DNA of 64,000 bases from Eutreptiella sp. 'Long Island Sound 2002' (taxonomy: Eukaryota > Protista > Euglenida). The notes under the pieces were generated by a model that was not told the DNA's origin, did not search any database, and saw only the letters and a list, made by a program, of their open reading frames with translations. This document shows, in pieces, positions 46,561 through 56,733 of this stretch (positions are counted from its first letter, which is position 1; the number at the start of each line of letters is the position of its first letter). The position numbers and the translations under genes were made by a program. The DNA is taken from contig OZ038378.1 of the NCBI GenBank assembly GCA_964036045.1, positions 59,458,001-59,522,000 on the forward strand, read 5' to 3'.

Positions 46561-49500
46561 ACCACATTGGAATGATGTCCAGTGATTGGGTATACATGCG
46601 GCAAACCTCGAGATGCTATAATGGCATCATGCCCCTACCACTCCATCCTTTACACCTAGTCGCTCTGCCTTCTTAATTGTCATTCGCCAAGTGAGCCTTC
46701 ACTAAAAGGCACATTGGTATGTGCCACAGCCACAACTACACACTGAATTGTACATCGCCACCAGACATCCTTTGGATGTTGTAGTTGTGATCAACTATCG
46801 AGATCCCTATTGACGTGTCCGTTTCTGTTTGTCATTTGCGGTGGTGAGAACATGCACATTGTTCTCCACCCAGCAATCGATGGTGTTGGTTGCGAATGGC
46901 CCACCCAAGGCAATACCAACATGGCCTTGGGTCTCCAGCGAAACATCCAGCACATAATTTTGCTGCCACTTCCCGGATTTTCGGTAATCCCATCCGCCGT
47001 GCCTTTTGCTGCACTTGATCATGGCCAATGGGACTTTCCACATCGATATAATCCAACGGTCTCTTCTCTTCCTCCGTTCCTTGAAGAAGTGGGGGAGCCC
47101 AGCTTGGCAACGACGCTGATGGTTGTGCCCGAGGCATTATGTTTGATTGATGAGGTCTGAAATTGCAGTTTGTGTAAGTGCGTGTGTGCTTCAGGGCAAG
47201 GTAAGAAAGGCAAGGAAGACATCATGCACGGCCGAGAAACATATTTCAAAAACAAAAAAAAGCAAGGTTTTTGTATGAAAATGGAAAGAAAACATTTTGC
47301 AGGACCAAGAAACATTTTGCAAACAAAAAAACAAGGTTTTTGTATTGTTTTTTTGTCTATTTTGAAAATTAGGCCAACTGGACCCACAACTGGTCAATGG
47401 ATTGAAAACTGGTCATTTTACCCTACAAACTGGCAATAGGAAGTTGCGCGTCATGCCCGACTTACAGGAGGTTTCCATCTCGTGTTCACCCCTACCACCA
47501 AAAGGCGGAGGTAACTTCCACGAGATTTCCCAACCCTCCAAGCGGTTCGGCTCTTACCCACGAAGGGCAGCCCCGGTCAAAGGGCACATGACAACCCACC
47601 TTGGCGGAAAGATCACCAATTTCCAGGCTGGGCCGCCCATGGAAATCGGAGTTGGGCCGAAGCCACACTCGACCACCCAAGGCCGCAGTACGTAGTACGC
47701 AGTACGTGGTGACTACACCAACCTCCATTTTGCAATCTTCAACCTACCCCCAGCCGAGTTCTTATGATGGTTCGTGATGGCGAACGATCTGGAACCCTTT
47801 GACCTTGTGTCATATACCTGCTGATATCAAAGCAGATTTCCAAACTTCACCTAAAAAAAAAAGCAATGGTCACCGCCAAAACAACTGATGAAGATGATTT
47901 GTCAAATTTGCTCTCTTTGGTGTCCAACATCGCATGTGCTTGGGACAGCTTTTTTTTTTCCATGGTACTGCAGTTTTTTCACGCAACGGACCATCTTGCA
48001 TATTGCAAAACCATTGTTTGCATATACAGACTGACTGATGACAGATAGCAGCAACAGAAAATCAAATCCGACATCAATTCCGCTGCTGTTCTGTGTGAGC
48101 ATGAATGTCCCTGCTGAACCTTCAAAACATAGGAATACAGCACGAAATTGCACTCATTTAACCAAAATGATGGAATGGTAGATTCACTGACAACCACAAA
48201 CATTGCAACGAAAACCATGGTGGCCAAGATTGTGCAGTCAGACCCACTTCTGCTGCAGCATGAATGCGTTTAACAAAGCACATATCTCAAACCAGCAACT
48301 TGCACTTGAATTGAAATTGGACCAAGCGCTGGGACATCCAGTGCAAGAGCTCTGAATTTGGCAGCAGTGCAGTATCACTGGAAAGGGCGTAAATGGAACC
48401 TCTTTCACCTCACAACCGCCATCTCAGGCAATGGAGCAAGGACATAAGCCAGCTTCGACCGAGCACAGCAACGGAACTATCCTGCTTAGCAAGCACAACA
48501 ATTGGTGACCAAGGACGTCCTTCAACATCAGGCGCAGGTGGTACTCACGATACGGAATGCGCTTCTACACAAATGATGCGAATTGTGCTACTTTACAGCG
48601 GAACGAGCCTAAACACTCCAAGTCTTTGCTCCCATGATTGTGTTTGCCATTGGCGGTTGCACAACAATTTTGTGTGTTGCCATGTACGTTAAACACGCTT
48701 CTAACCCCCATGAAAATCTACTATAACACCAAGCCGGACCATAGCCCTTGAGGGTGTTTTCGCATAGTTGCAATTATTGTGGGGATCATGCAGGTAATAA
48801 CATTAAGGAGCTGTCACTTGTAAAATCATGCACAATCAAGCAAGTCAAAACCTCCATGCAGGGGGGTGTGCCCTTCTCTTGGGGGGTAGCTATCTTCTTT
48901 AGCCACCAGCCCTCAATGGGACTCATGCAATTAACCACTTCCACACAAAAACATTTCAACTCAAAAACTCGGATTATGCACTACTTACGTATTTGGATTG
49001 TGCACTTTGATTTTCCTCCCATACCAACCAAAAATTGAAATCCCGAACTCATGATTGTTGCTTGTTGGTAGGCCCCCTCCCTTTGAGTAGTGGTGTGAAT
49101 CTTAATCTATTTCGATGCATTCACTCAGGTGGTGTTGTAAATAGGTAGTCAGTTTCAGTTTTTTGCGCCAGTCCAAGGGGTTTGCATGTCATAGTTTGTG
49201 TGTGGCTTGCTGTTTTTGCATGCTATTTTTTCTGGTTTTGTTTGATTGCAAAAGTGAGGGGATCACAGAATGTTCAGCGTGTCACTCACCGATCTGCACC
49301 TATCTAGGTAAATAGCCCTGAGTAGCCCTGCTCGCTGGCCATTCCATCCACTGTCCATCCCACAGAAGTGGGGAATCTACCCATACGGGCCGTCAGCTTC
49401 AGGGTGGCGGGCAAAGCCGGGCAACTCCAGACACCAAGGTCAACCCCAGGTCTGACCTACCCTTCAGGGTGCTGCAGCCCATGGTGTACATGAAATCCAT

Positions 49501-49764
49501 GTTGCACTCGCGCATCGCTCAAACATCTATCAACTGCGGGCACTCCACACCCTGGATTGCAAAAGCCCACATAACACAGGATCTAAACTACAGAGCAGCA
49601 GGCAATTTGCATTGACCAGATTTTAATGAAAACGTACGAGCCACACTTTCACATTTGAATCCCACAACGACTATCCCGGCCATTGATATATCAGATCCAA
49701 TTACATAGTTTGCGACAACATGTGCCATGATGGCCACGACTGCAAGAACCAAATAGACTTCCTT

Positions 49765-51960
49765 TTACGCCTCAGCCTCCCCATTTTCAGCCGCAGCATC
49801 CGTCATCTCCGTGTCGGGTTCTGCGGCTGGAGCCTCCTCAGCAGCAGCCTCTTCCTCGGTGGTAGGGGCAGCCTCTTCCTCAGCAGCACCCTCTTCTGCT
49901 GGCCCGTCCTCTTTGGTTTCCTCTCTCAGCAGGGGGCTCAGGTTTAGGTTCAGGGGGCAAATCAATATGCTTTTCTTCAACCACTGTGTAACTGGCCAAC
50001 CGACGGTAAAACAGTGGTGTGTTGCTTCGGTCAGCTTGCACACCTGTGAAAGCAAACGATGCATCAACACAAAACGACAAATGATGCATGGGCAAAGCAA
50101 TTCACCAGAACAAAAACAGTAACAGACGCAAAATCGCACTTGCAGGGAGAGATTATCAAGCAACTGGTGCTCATGGGAAACAATCAATGGGACCCGTGAA
50201 CCTACTTGAGGAAAACTTGGGCATCCATTAATTGACAGGGAATTGTGTACTTCGAGGTCAGGCAACTCCATGCCCAACTGCGAGAGAAGGTTGAAAACGC
50301 ACGGAAAACTTCAGGGTGATAGGTGTTGAATTTCAGCAGTTGAGGTTCTACCTTTTAGGTGCCTGCAGGTCCAGGAAATCCTCGGACGAGAACGCACAAA
50401 CACATTGGCAACTGACCGGTTTCAACCAGCGGCGACACAAAAAGGGTGTGGAGGAACACCTGCACTGCGCAGCAAACTGTCCACCTCGCGTTGCGTCAAC
50501 TCCCCAAAAGCATGCAGAACACTCTTAATAACATCACGTCGAATCTGCCCAGAGGCCCCCATGGGTTTGTCAAAATATTACAATGGCGCTGCCAGCCTCG
50601 CGTTCACGTGCGTTGTGGTCTGCTTCACAATACGATATCCGCGTGCCCGGTCCTCCTCATCCTGAACCTTTCGCTTTGCCTCCTCCTCCTCTCGCTTGGC
50701 CTTCAAATCCTCCTCCCATTTCTTGCGGTCCTCCTCCTGCTTCGCTTTCATTTCCTCCATTTCTTTGGCTTTCGCTTCAGTTTCGGCCTTCGCACGCTCT
50801 TATGAAAAGCAGGGAAGTGACCGTCCTTCACAAACACTGTGCGTGGATGCACCGTCGAATCCTGAAGGCTGGCTGATGCGTGTACATGGCGTTATAATCC
50901 GAAAACACTTTCGGTAAATCGATCTCTGGGATCACCCCAGTGCCACGTCCGACAGTCAACCACCCTTCTCTCATGTGCTGCAGCACTGGACCTGCACGAT
51001 GTCCCTCATCAGAAGCAATTTCTCGTTGGGTTAGTTTTGGGAGTTCCAAATGGTACAAGCACAAAGAGCTACCAAAAAAAATCAACATTGGCAAATATTT
51101 TGGGAATATGAACTGCACTCTGGCTGGGGTGGTGAAGGCCAGCATGCAAGACATCTATTTGCCAAAAATGAGCTGTCCGTTTTTGTCAAATCTCTTTCTT
51201 CTGGTGAATTGCTCAGAAACAGCTGATCGCCATGAAATCCTTTAACACCAGAACATCTCACTCAAATTGACATGGTGTTTGGCATGTCCTCATCTTCAAC
51301 CCTGCTGCTAAATTCGAAAGTCCTGCTGCCCAACCCTGCTGCTAAATTCGAAAGTCCAAAGCTCAAGCTGCAAACAACACAACTCGAAACAACACCTGAT
51401 CATCTGTCATGCACAGTAGTCTTCGAGTTTTTTAATACGTCCGACGTTTTTTTCAGCGCGGCCAATAGTTCGTCGTTGGTTGCCTCGTACTCCTCTCGCT
51501 GTTTCAGCAACTGGGCTTGTGTTTCCTGGTGCTCCTCTTCACGTTTGCGTTTCAGCGCAGCAGCCTACCAGAACGAGAACTGCGTTATGCTCATGATCGC
51601 TTTCGACGTCAAAACGACCGCAAGTCGCCGGCTCAAGTTGCGAACAATACAACTCGAAACAACACCTGATCATCTGTCATGCACAGTAGTCTTCGAGTTT
51701 TTCAACACGTCCGACGCTGCTTTCAGCGCGGCCAATAGTTCGTCGTTGGTTTTGAGGCACCTCTGTTCTCTTCTTCATCTCCTCTTCATCCATGTCCTTT
51801 TCTTCCTCCTCCAACTGCTTCTTTTCCTCTTCCTTGGCCTTTTGCTCCTCTTCAACCTTTTTGGCATTCAAGAAGCTCAACATTTCGATTACAATCACTG
51901 TTACAAAGGAGGTAGAAAGAATGGTTTTCAACATGTGTTACATGTTTGTTTTTCCTTAAT
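49765..51960 (-). pseudogene. Multi-exon charged/coiled-coil gene carried inside the Helitron, upstream of RepHel on the same strand
   Basis: E/K-rich open segments at ~51700-51890, 51430-51565, 50580-50800 and 49765-49930, a candidate GT-AG intron at 50799-50852, and an internal duplication (~51370-51480 vs ~51640-51750). Confidence 0.45.
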
Positions 51961-52848
51961 TGTTCATTCTAACCAAATGAAAATCTAAATCAAAAAATCT
52001 TCACCGAGTGTTGCCCGCCATAGCATGCATCATCAGTCACTGTCATCATTTGACTGCATTACTACCTATCAAGTGCATTTGAACGCTTGACCGGGCGGTT
52101 TGCGGACCGGCCGGATCCGTTACCGCCTGCAGCAATACCCTAAATGCTACGCACAGTATCAGTATTCGAAAAGCAAAAGTACATTTGCGAATCTAAAATT
52201 CCCAGACATCGCATTTGCAAATCCAAAACTCATTTGCGACGACGACGAACGAACGAACGAACGTCCATACCACAATTAAATATAATAAGAGAGAGAGAGA
52301 GAGGGAGTCCTGCATAGCCATTCCCCCGTGTGTCACAGTCGCGTCCATTTCTCAAGATTTTTTTGGGATCTGCAGGATATTTCCGGATAGATCTACGGAT
52401 TGAGACCCAGGCTCTTGGTTGATGTAAAAAAATTCAGATCTGGTGGTAAAAATCGCCAGATATATTGCTAGCAACAGAGCGCCCTCGGGGGATCCAGGTC
52501 ACAGTGACGGCTCGTTTGAGCGCTACATAGCACCAAATCTTGTGAATGGTGGTTGTACGGGTAGCTCCACACCCAGGCTACCTAGGGGGGACGGATCCTG
52601 TGGGCTTTTTTGTGGTTGGGCTCTTAGTCTGCCTTCGGCACTGCAGGTACCTCGTGCTTTTGACTACGGTTTTCTTGTTTTTCATAACGGTGTCCATGGA
52701 AAACAGCTACCGTGGTCTTGACGAAGGACAATTTTCTTTGTCCTTCAAGTGGACAGATTCCACGAGTCTCCGGTTGGCTCAAAAAGATCCTTTTGCGGCT
52801 GCTCTACTCGATAAAACGGTGACTAGTGTGGGTTTGAGTAGGTAGCAG

Positions 52849-53076
52849 TCTGACATGGGATGGGCTGGCGTTCTTTGCATTAGAGTAACGGAAGTGCACA
52901 TACACGTGTACAGCGGGAAAGATGAAACCCCATGCACGCACAGTTCGGGTGCGGTGCATCATACACTTGCATGCGGATTGTATGGCGACGTGCTGCACTA
53001 TTCGCTACATCTCGTATTGCAGGGTAATGCGCATGTGACCAGTCTTTGCTTGTTCCGTTTGCTGTGTTGTTGAAGT
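52849..53076 (+). repeat. 5' pseudo-LTR (228 bp)
   Basis: Identical to 59827-60054 except two C/T differences seen by eye. Confidence 0.9.
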
Positions 53077-53188
53077 CACCACAACTGATCGAGAGCCGTT
53101 CGTCAACACGCCGAGTACACGTTCAGTTAATCTCTTCACCGACAAGACCGACAAAACCGACCAGCAGAACAGCATCGACGTACACATC

Positions 53189-54334
53189 ATGCCCGACAAC
53201 AAGTGCTTTACATGTGGAGGCATTGGACACTATGCACGCGAGTGTCCCAACAAAGGAACGGAATCGCAGCGGCGGAGCAATCAAGACGACGGGAATACCC
53301 CATGCGGCAAATGGGATGACGGTACGGACCAATACTTTTGCATTCACCACAACAAGTTGGTCGGACATGCGTCGAAAGATTGCCGCTTAGCCCGAGGCAA
53401 GACGGATAACAAATACCAGCCATACCCGAATAGAGAGGCCTCCCGCACGCCAAGCGCCACGTTCGTACGAGAAACCATGGCTGCGGCCATGCCGCAGTTC
53501 GCAAAGCAGCTGCTGATCGCGAACATTGACAAGGGAGTCGTACTCACGTTCGAGCGCACCACGACGGCCACGGATGTGGAAGCATTGCGCAAGGCAATGC
53601 CCGGGCTGGGGCTCATGTATCACCACGCGACGACTATCATCGTGGAGACGCGCACGGAGGAGGAGCGCACGACCATCGAGAAGCGCCTCCAAGGGGCACA
53701 AGACCATGGGAAGACGATTACAATTACACGACACGACAAGGAACAGCCGGCGGAACAAAAGGGCCCCATCCAATTTGGCGACCCGCCCCCTTTGCAATTT
53801 GGCCCAGCGGCGACCACGCCTTCACCAACGACAGCATCAGGCGGGCAACCCACGCCGACACCGCCCGGGGATGGGCCCACACCGATGGACACGGGAAGCT
53901 CGGCGCCAAGTGAAGGCAGCACACAACCGGCTGCAACACCCATGGCACCGCACACGCCAGGCCTGGACGCACGCATGACCACCATGGAAAACAGGATGGG
54001 CGACATCGAGGTGCGCGTCAACGGCATGGACGGAAAACTGGACCAGCTCATCGCCAACAGTGGAGGCAAGCGCAAGGCCATTGTGCGACCACGTGCGAAC
54101 GGATCGGACATGCCCGACAGTTACACGGCTGGCGCCACGTGCTGGGTGGTCATGAAGGCACACGACACTGCACACTGGGCCGCCCACAAAATCACCATCA
54201 TCACATGCGACAAAAACGGGTTCAAGGGTATGCCATGGTCAGCCGAGAATCTTCCCATCACCGATATCGACGTGATCGGCACGCCTAGCCATGTGATGAA
54301 GGAAGAGGACGCCAAAAATCTGGCTTTAAACTGA
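53189..54334 (+). CDS. Gag/ORF1-like protein: CCHC knuckle, second Cys/His motif, RRM-like segment, Pro/Thr linker
   Basis: CFTCGGIGHYARECP; CIHHNKLVGHASKDC; IIVETRTEEERTTIEKRLQGAQDHGKTITITRHD resembles the C-terminal half of an RRM. Confidence 0.75.
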   Translation: MPDNKCFTCGGIGHYARECPNKGTESQRRSNQDDGNTPCGKWDDGTDQYFCIHHNKLVGHASKDCRLARGKTDNKYQPYPNREASRTPSATFVRETMAAAMPQFAKQLLIANIDKGVVLTFERTTTATDVEALRKAMPGLGLMYHHATTIIVETRTEEERTTIEKRLQGAQDHGKTITITRHDKEQPAEQKGPIQFGDPPPLQFGPAATTPSPTTASGGQPTPTPPGDGPTPMDTGSSAPSEGSTQPAATPMAPHTPGLDARMTTMENRMGDIEVRVNGMDGKLDQLIANSGGKRKAIVRPRANGSDMPDSYTAGATCWVVMKAHDTAHWAAHKITIITCDKNGFKGMPWSAENLPITDIDVIGTPSHVMKEEDAKNLALN

Positions 54335-54357
54335 GGCCGGATTGCCTCACACAGTGG

Positions 54358-56733
54358 GTGTGCCCCTGCGCGACGTGTATGATACACAGTACTGTGACTG
54401 TCACTGCACAGATCGACAAATTCATGCAGCAGTGGCACATACCGAACTGTTTCTGGACATGCGGCTATTGGGAGACGATGCACGACCTTGCGGACACCAA
54501 TGATGACATGTTCGCAGCGGAGACGAGTGACTTACTGGGGCAACTGCAGGCGACCCAGCACGACATGCTCCGCGATCTCACCTACATTGCAGTACTCCGA
54601 GCGGGCATACAAGGACGTATCCAACACATACAACAACAGCAGCGCGAAATGCAGCGGCGCAAGCAAGAGTCGATGTCCCCACTGACATTCGACCTGCACA
54701 GCGACTACCCGGAGAACCGGTCAGTGCGAGCGCTGGGACACGCTGCCCACAAATACCGTATCGTGAGCACATTGTGGACTGCATGGGCGAAGGCACAGGG
54801 TATCAGCATATGGGCGATGGTGAAAGGATCGGAGGTCCGCACATTCCTCACGTGGATGGTGCGATGGTTGACGGAGCATGCACAGGGATACATGGGGCGC
54901 TTGCCGCTCGACCCAAGGCCGACGACACTCACTATTCCGCCACGTCAGCCCACATCCGGGCACAGTGCCGCCGCCAACACGAAGAGGCTCAAAGCATCGC
55001 GCCACGAGCAGAACAGGGGGAGAAGCACAGGCTTGCACACGGGCATGAAGCCGGCGAAACGAACCGCTCTCGTCGCTGCATGCCAGCGGACATTGGGGGC
55101 GACGATAGCGCTGCAGACATCAACGATCCTGGACACCAACGGCATCGCAGTGCAGTCCTGGCGCTCTGCCGAACGAGATGCCGGGGCCTGGCCCACAATG
55201 TGCATGGCAGCCACAGGGCGCTCCGATACCAGTGCGATATGGATCCCTCCCTCCTGGGACTGGGATGCAGAGTGTGCGCTCACAGTGCAGGACATTACAC
55301 ACACCATGCAGACACACCCGCGTTCCAGAGTGACCATCGTCTGCCCTGCAGCATGGTTCACCTCACAAACACACATGCAGGCATTACACGCAAACACACC
55401 AACGCTATTGGCAAGGGGACATGTACACGGGGGGAAACTGGATATGAGCATATGGATAGTACAGAATACCCCCCTGCACATGTGGGAGCCGGACTGGGGG
55501 GTCGTCATCAACTTACTAGGGTCCGAGGTGCACAAATGGGGACTGTCGCTGTGCCACGAAAATTTTCTGATTGCGCCTGCTAGCGGACCCCGCTACGAGC
55601 AGCGATATTGGGAACAGTGGCACAGAGAGGTACATATCCGCAGAAATATATATAACAGCAGGGGAGGCTGGGATAGCATCCTGGACTCCATTGGCCGGAT
55701 GAACGAGATCATCACACTGTGCCCGGCGAAGTGGGTGCGCGAACTGGCACGTATGACGACATACACCAGTGCAGCGGACCTGCGGCGCCCGGGCACATGG
55801 ATATACTGCGCATACCACCCCATGTACGGCCTCCGATATTGGGGGCAGACGGGGGCCCAGGATACCATTAGGGCGGTGGGGGAACGTTTTTACGAAGAAA
55901 TCACTGATGCGAAGCGGTGGCATACCACATACGGGAAAAAGGGCGTCAGGGGCCCCCCATACATACATACACTGCACCACACGGGTATCGAGCACTGGCA
56001 GGTTATACCAATACGCCAGGTTCGCCCATCACAGGCAGATGCTGTGGAGCAATACCACATAACACACAAGGGCCGAAACTTAAACTCCCGAGGTTCTACA
56101 GCCCACAAATACATGCAATGCCTGATACGTTCCAGACTGTACAGGCACCTGACAGATACAGCACTGCACGACCACGCCATGTGGACCCGCATGATACAGG
56201 CGAAACGCATAACACACGACCCCATGGACTGTTTGACCATCATCACTGCCGCCAAGAAAGTGATGGCGGTGGACCAATACCATATGCTCCGCAGGAGACT
56301 GCTGGAGTACGTCCACGACCGAACAGGCCTGATGTTGCCCACGTCCCTGCCCATACGAATACCATACGCAACTACACACATGCGCCGCACAATCCAACAG
56401 GCATGGCACCAGTTCTTACACACAGTGCTGTACCCCAAACCCATACGCAAATATCTGGCGCACATCCTCACCGTGGTAAGCACGAAGCCTGCAAAGGCCC
56501 AGGACGTGTGGTGCGAGGACAGGATAGATAGTTCTGTGGCTACCATAAAACGGCAGCTACGGCAACCTGCGGCACACTGCGGGTGCCCACAGGAAGCTGG
56601 CGCCACACACATGCGCACACATGTCACTGCATACGGCAGACGACCGGGTGCACCACTTCGGCGACGAGTGGTCGCCACTGTTGTGCATGCGATTGCAGCA
56701 ATCTGTTTCACCCACAGTGCACACGCTGCATGA
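54358..56733 (+). CDS. PLE ORF2, first part: unknown N-terminal domain, GIY-YIG endonuclease, CxC linker
   Basis: TWIYCAYHPMYGLRYWGQTG...VGERFYEE...IEQYHI...LN. HCGCP linker. Shifts into the RT frame near the CA-rich tract at ~56605-56620. Confidence 0.7.
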   Translation: MCPCATCMIHSTVTVTAQIDKFMQQWHIPNCFWTCGYWETMHDLADTNDDMFAAETSDLLGQLQATQHDMLRDLTYIAVLRAGIQGRIQHIQQQQREMQRRKQESMSPLTFDLHSDYPENRSVRALGHAAHKYRIVSTLWTAWAKAQGISIWAMVKGSEVRTFLTWMVRWLTEHAQGYMGRLPLDPRPTTLTIPPRQPTSGHSAAANTKRLKASRHEQNRGRSTGLHTGMKPAKRTALVAACQRTLGATIALQTSTILDTNGIAVQSWRSAERDAGAWPTMCMAATGRSDTSAIWIPPSWDWDAECALTVQDITHTMQTHPRSRVTIVCPAAWFTSQTHMQALHANTPTLLARGHVHGGKLDMSIWIVQNTPLHMWEPDWGVVINLLGSEVHKWGLSLCHENFLIAPASGPRYEQRYWEQWHREVHIRRNIYNSRGGWDSILDSIGRMNEIITLCPAKWVRELARMTTYTSAADLRRPGTWIYCAYHPMYGLRYWGQTGAQDTIRAVGERFYEEITDAKRWHTTYGKKGVRGPPYIHTLHHTGIEHWQVIPIRQVRPSQADAVEQYHITHKGRNLNSRGSTAHKYMQCLIRSRLYRHLTDTALHDHAMWTRMIQAKRITHDPMDCLTIITAAKKVMAVDQYHMLRRRLLEYVHDRTGLMLPTSLPIRIPYATTHMRRTIQQAWHQFLHTVLYPKPIRKYLAHILTVVSTKPAKAQDVWCEDRIDSSVATIKRQLRQPAAHCGCPQEAGATHMRTHVTAYGRRPGAPLRRRVVATVVHAIAAICFTHSAHAA

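Larger units (their letters stand above)
39902..52288 (-). mobile_element. Full-length autonomous-type Helitron (~12.4 kb)
   Basis: 3' CTAG (39902-39905) with the same hairpin as the array. The 5' end TTATTATATTTAATTGTGGTATGGACG(TTCG)n at 52288 matches the array units' 5' ends. Contains RepHel. Confidence 0.85.

Noticed and set aside
52849-53076. Hammerhead ribozyme in the PLE pseudo-LTR
   Set aside because: A CATGGG/CCCATG stem and GAAA are present, but no CTGANGA core on either strand; an Infernal search would be needed to exclude a variant.
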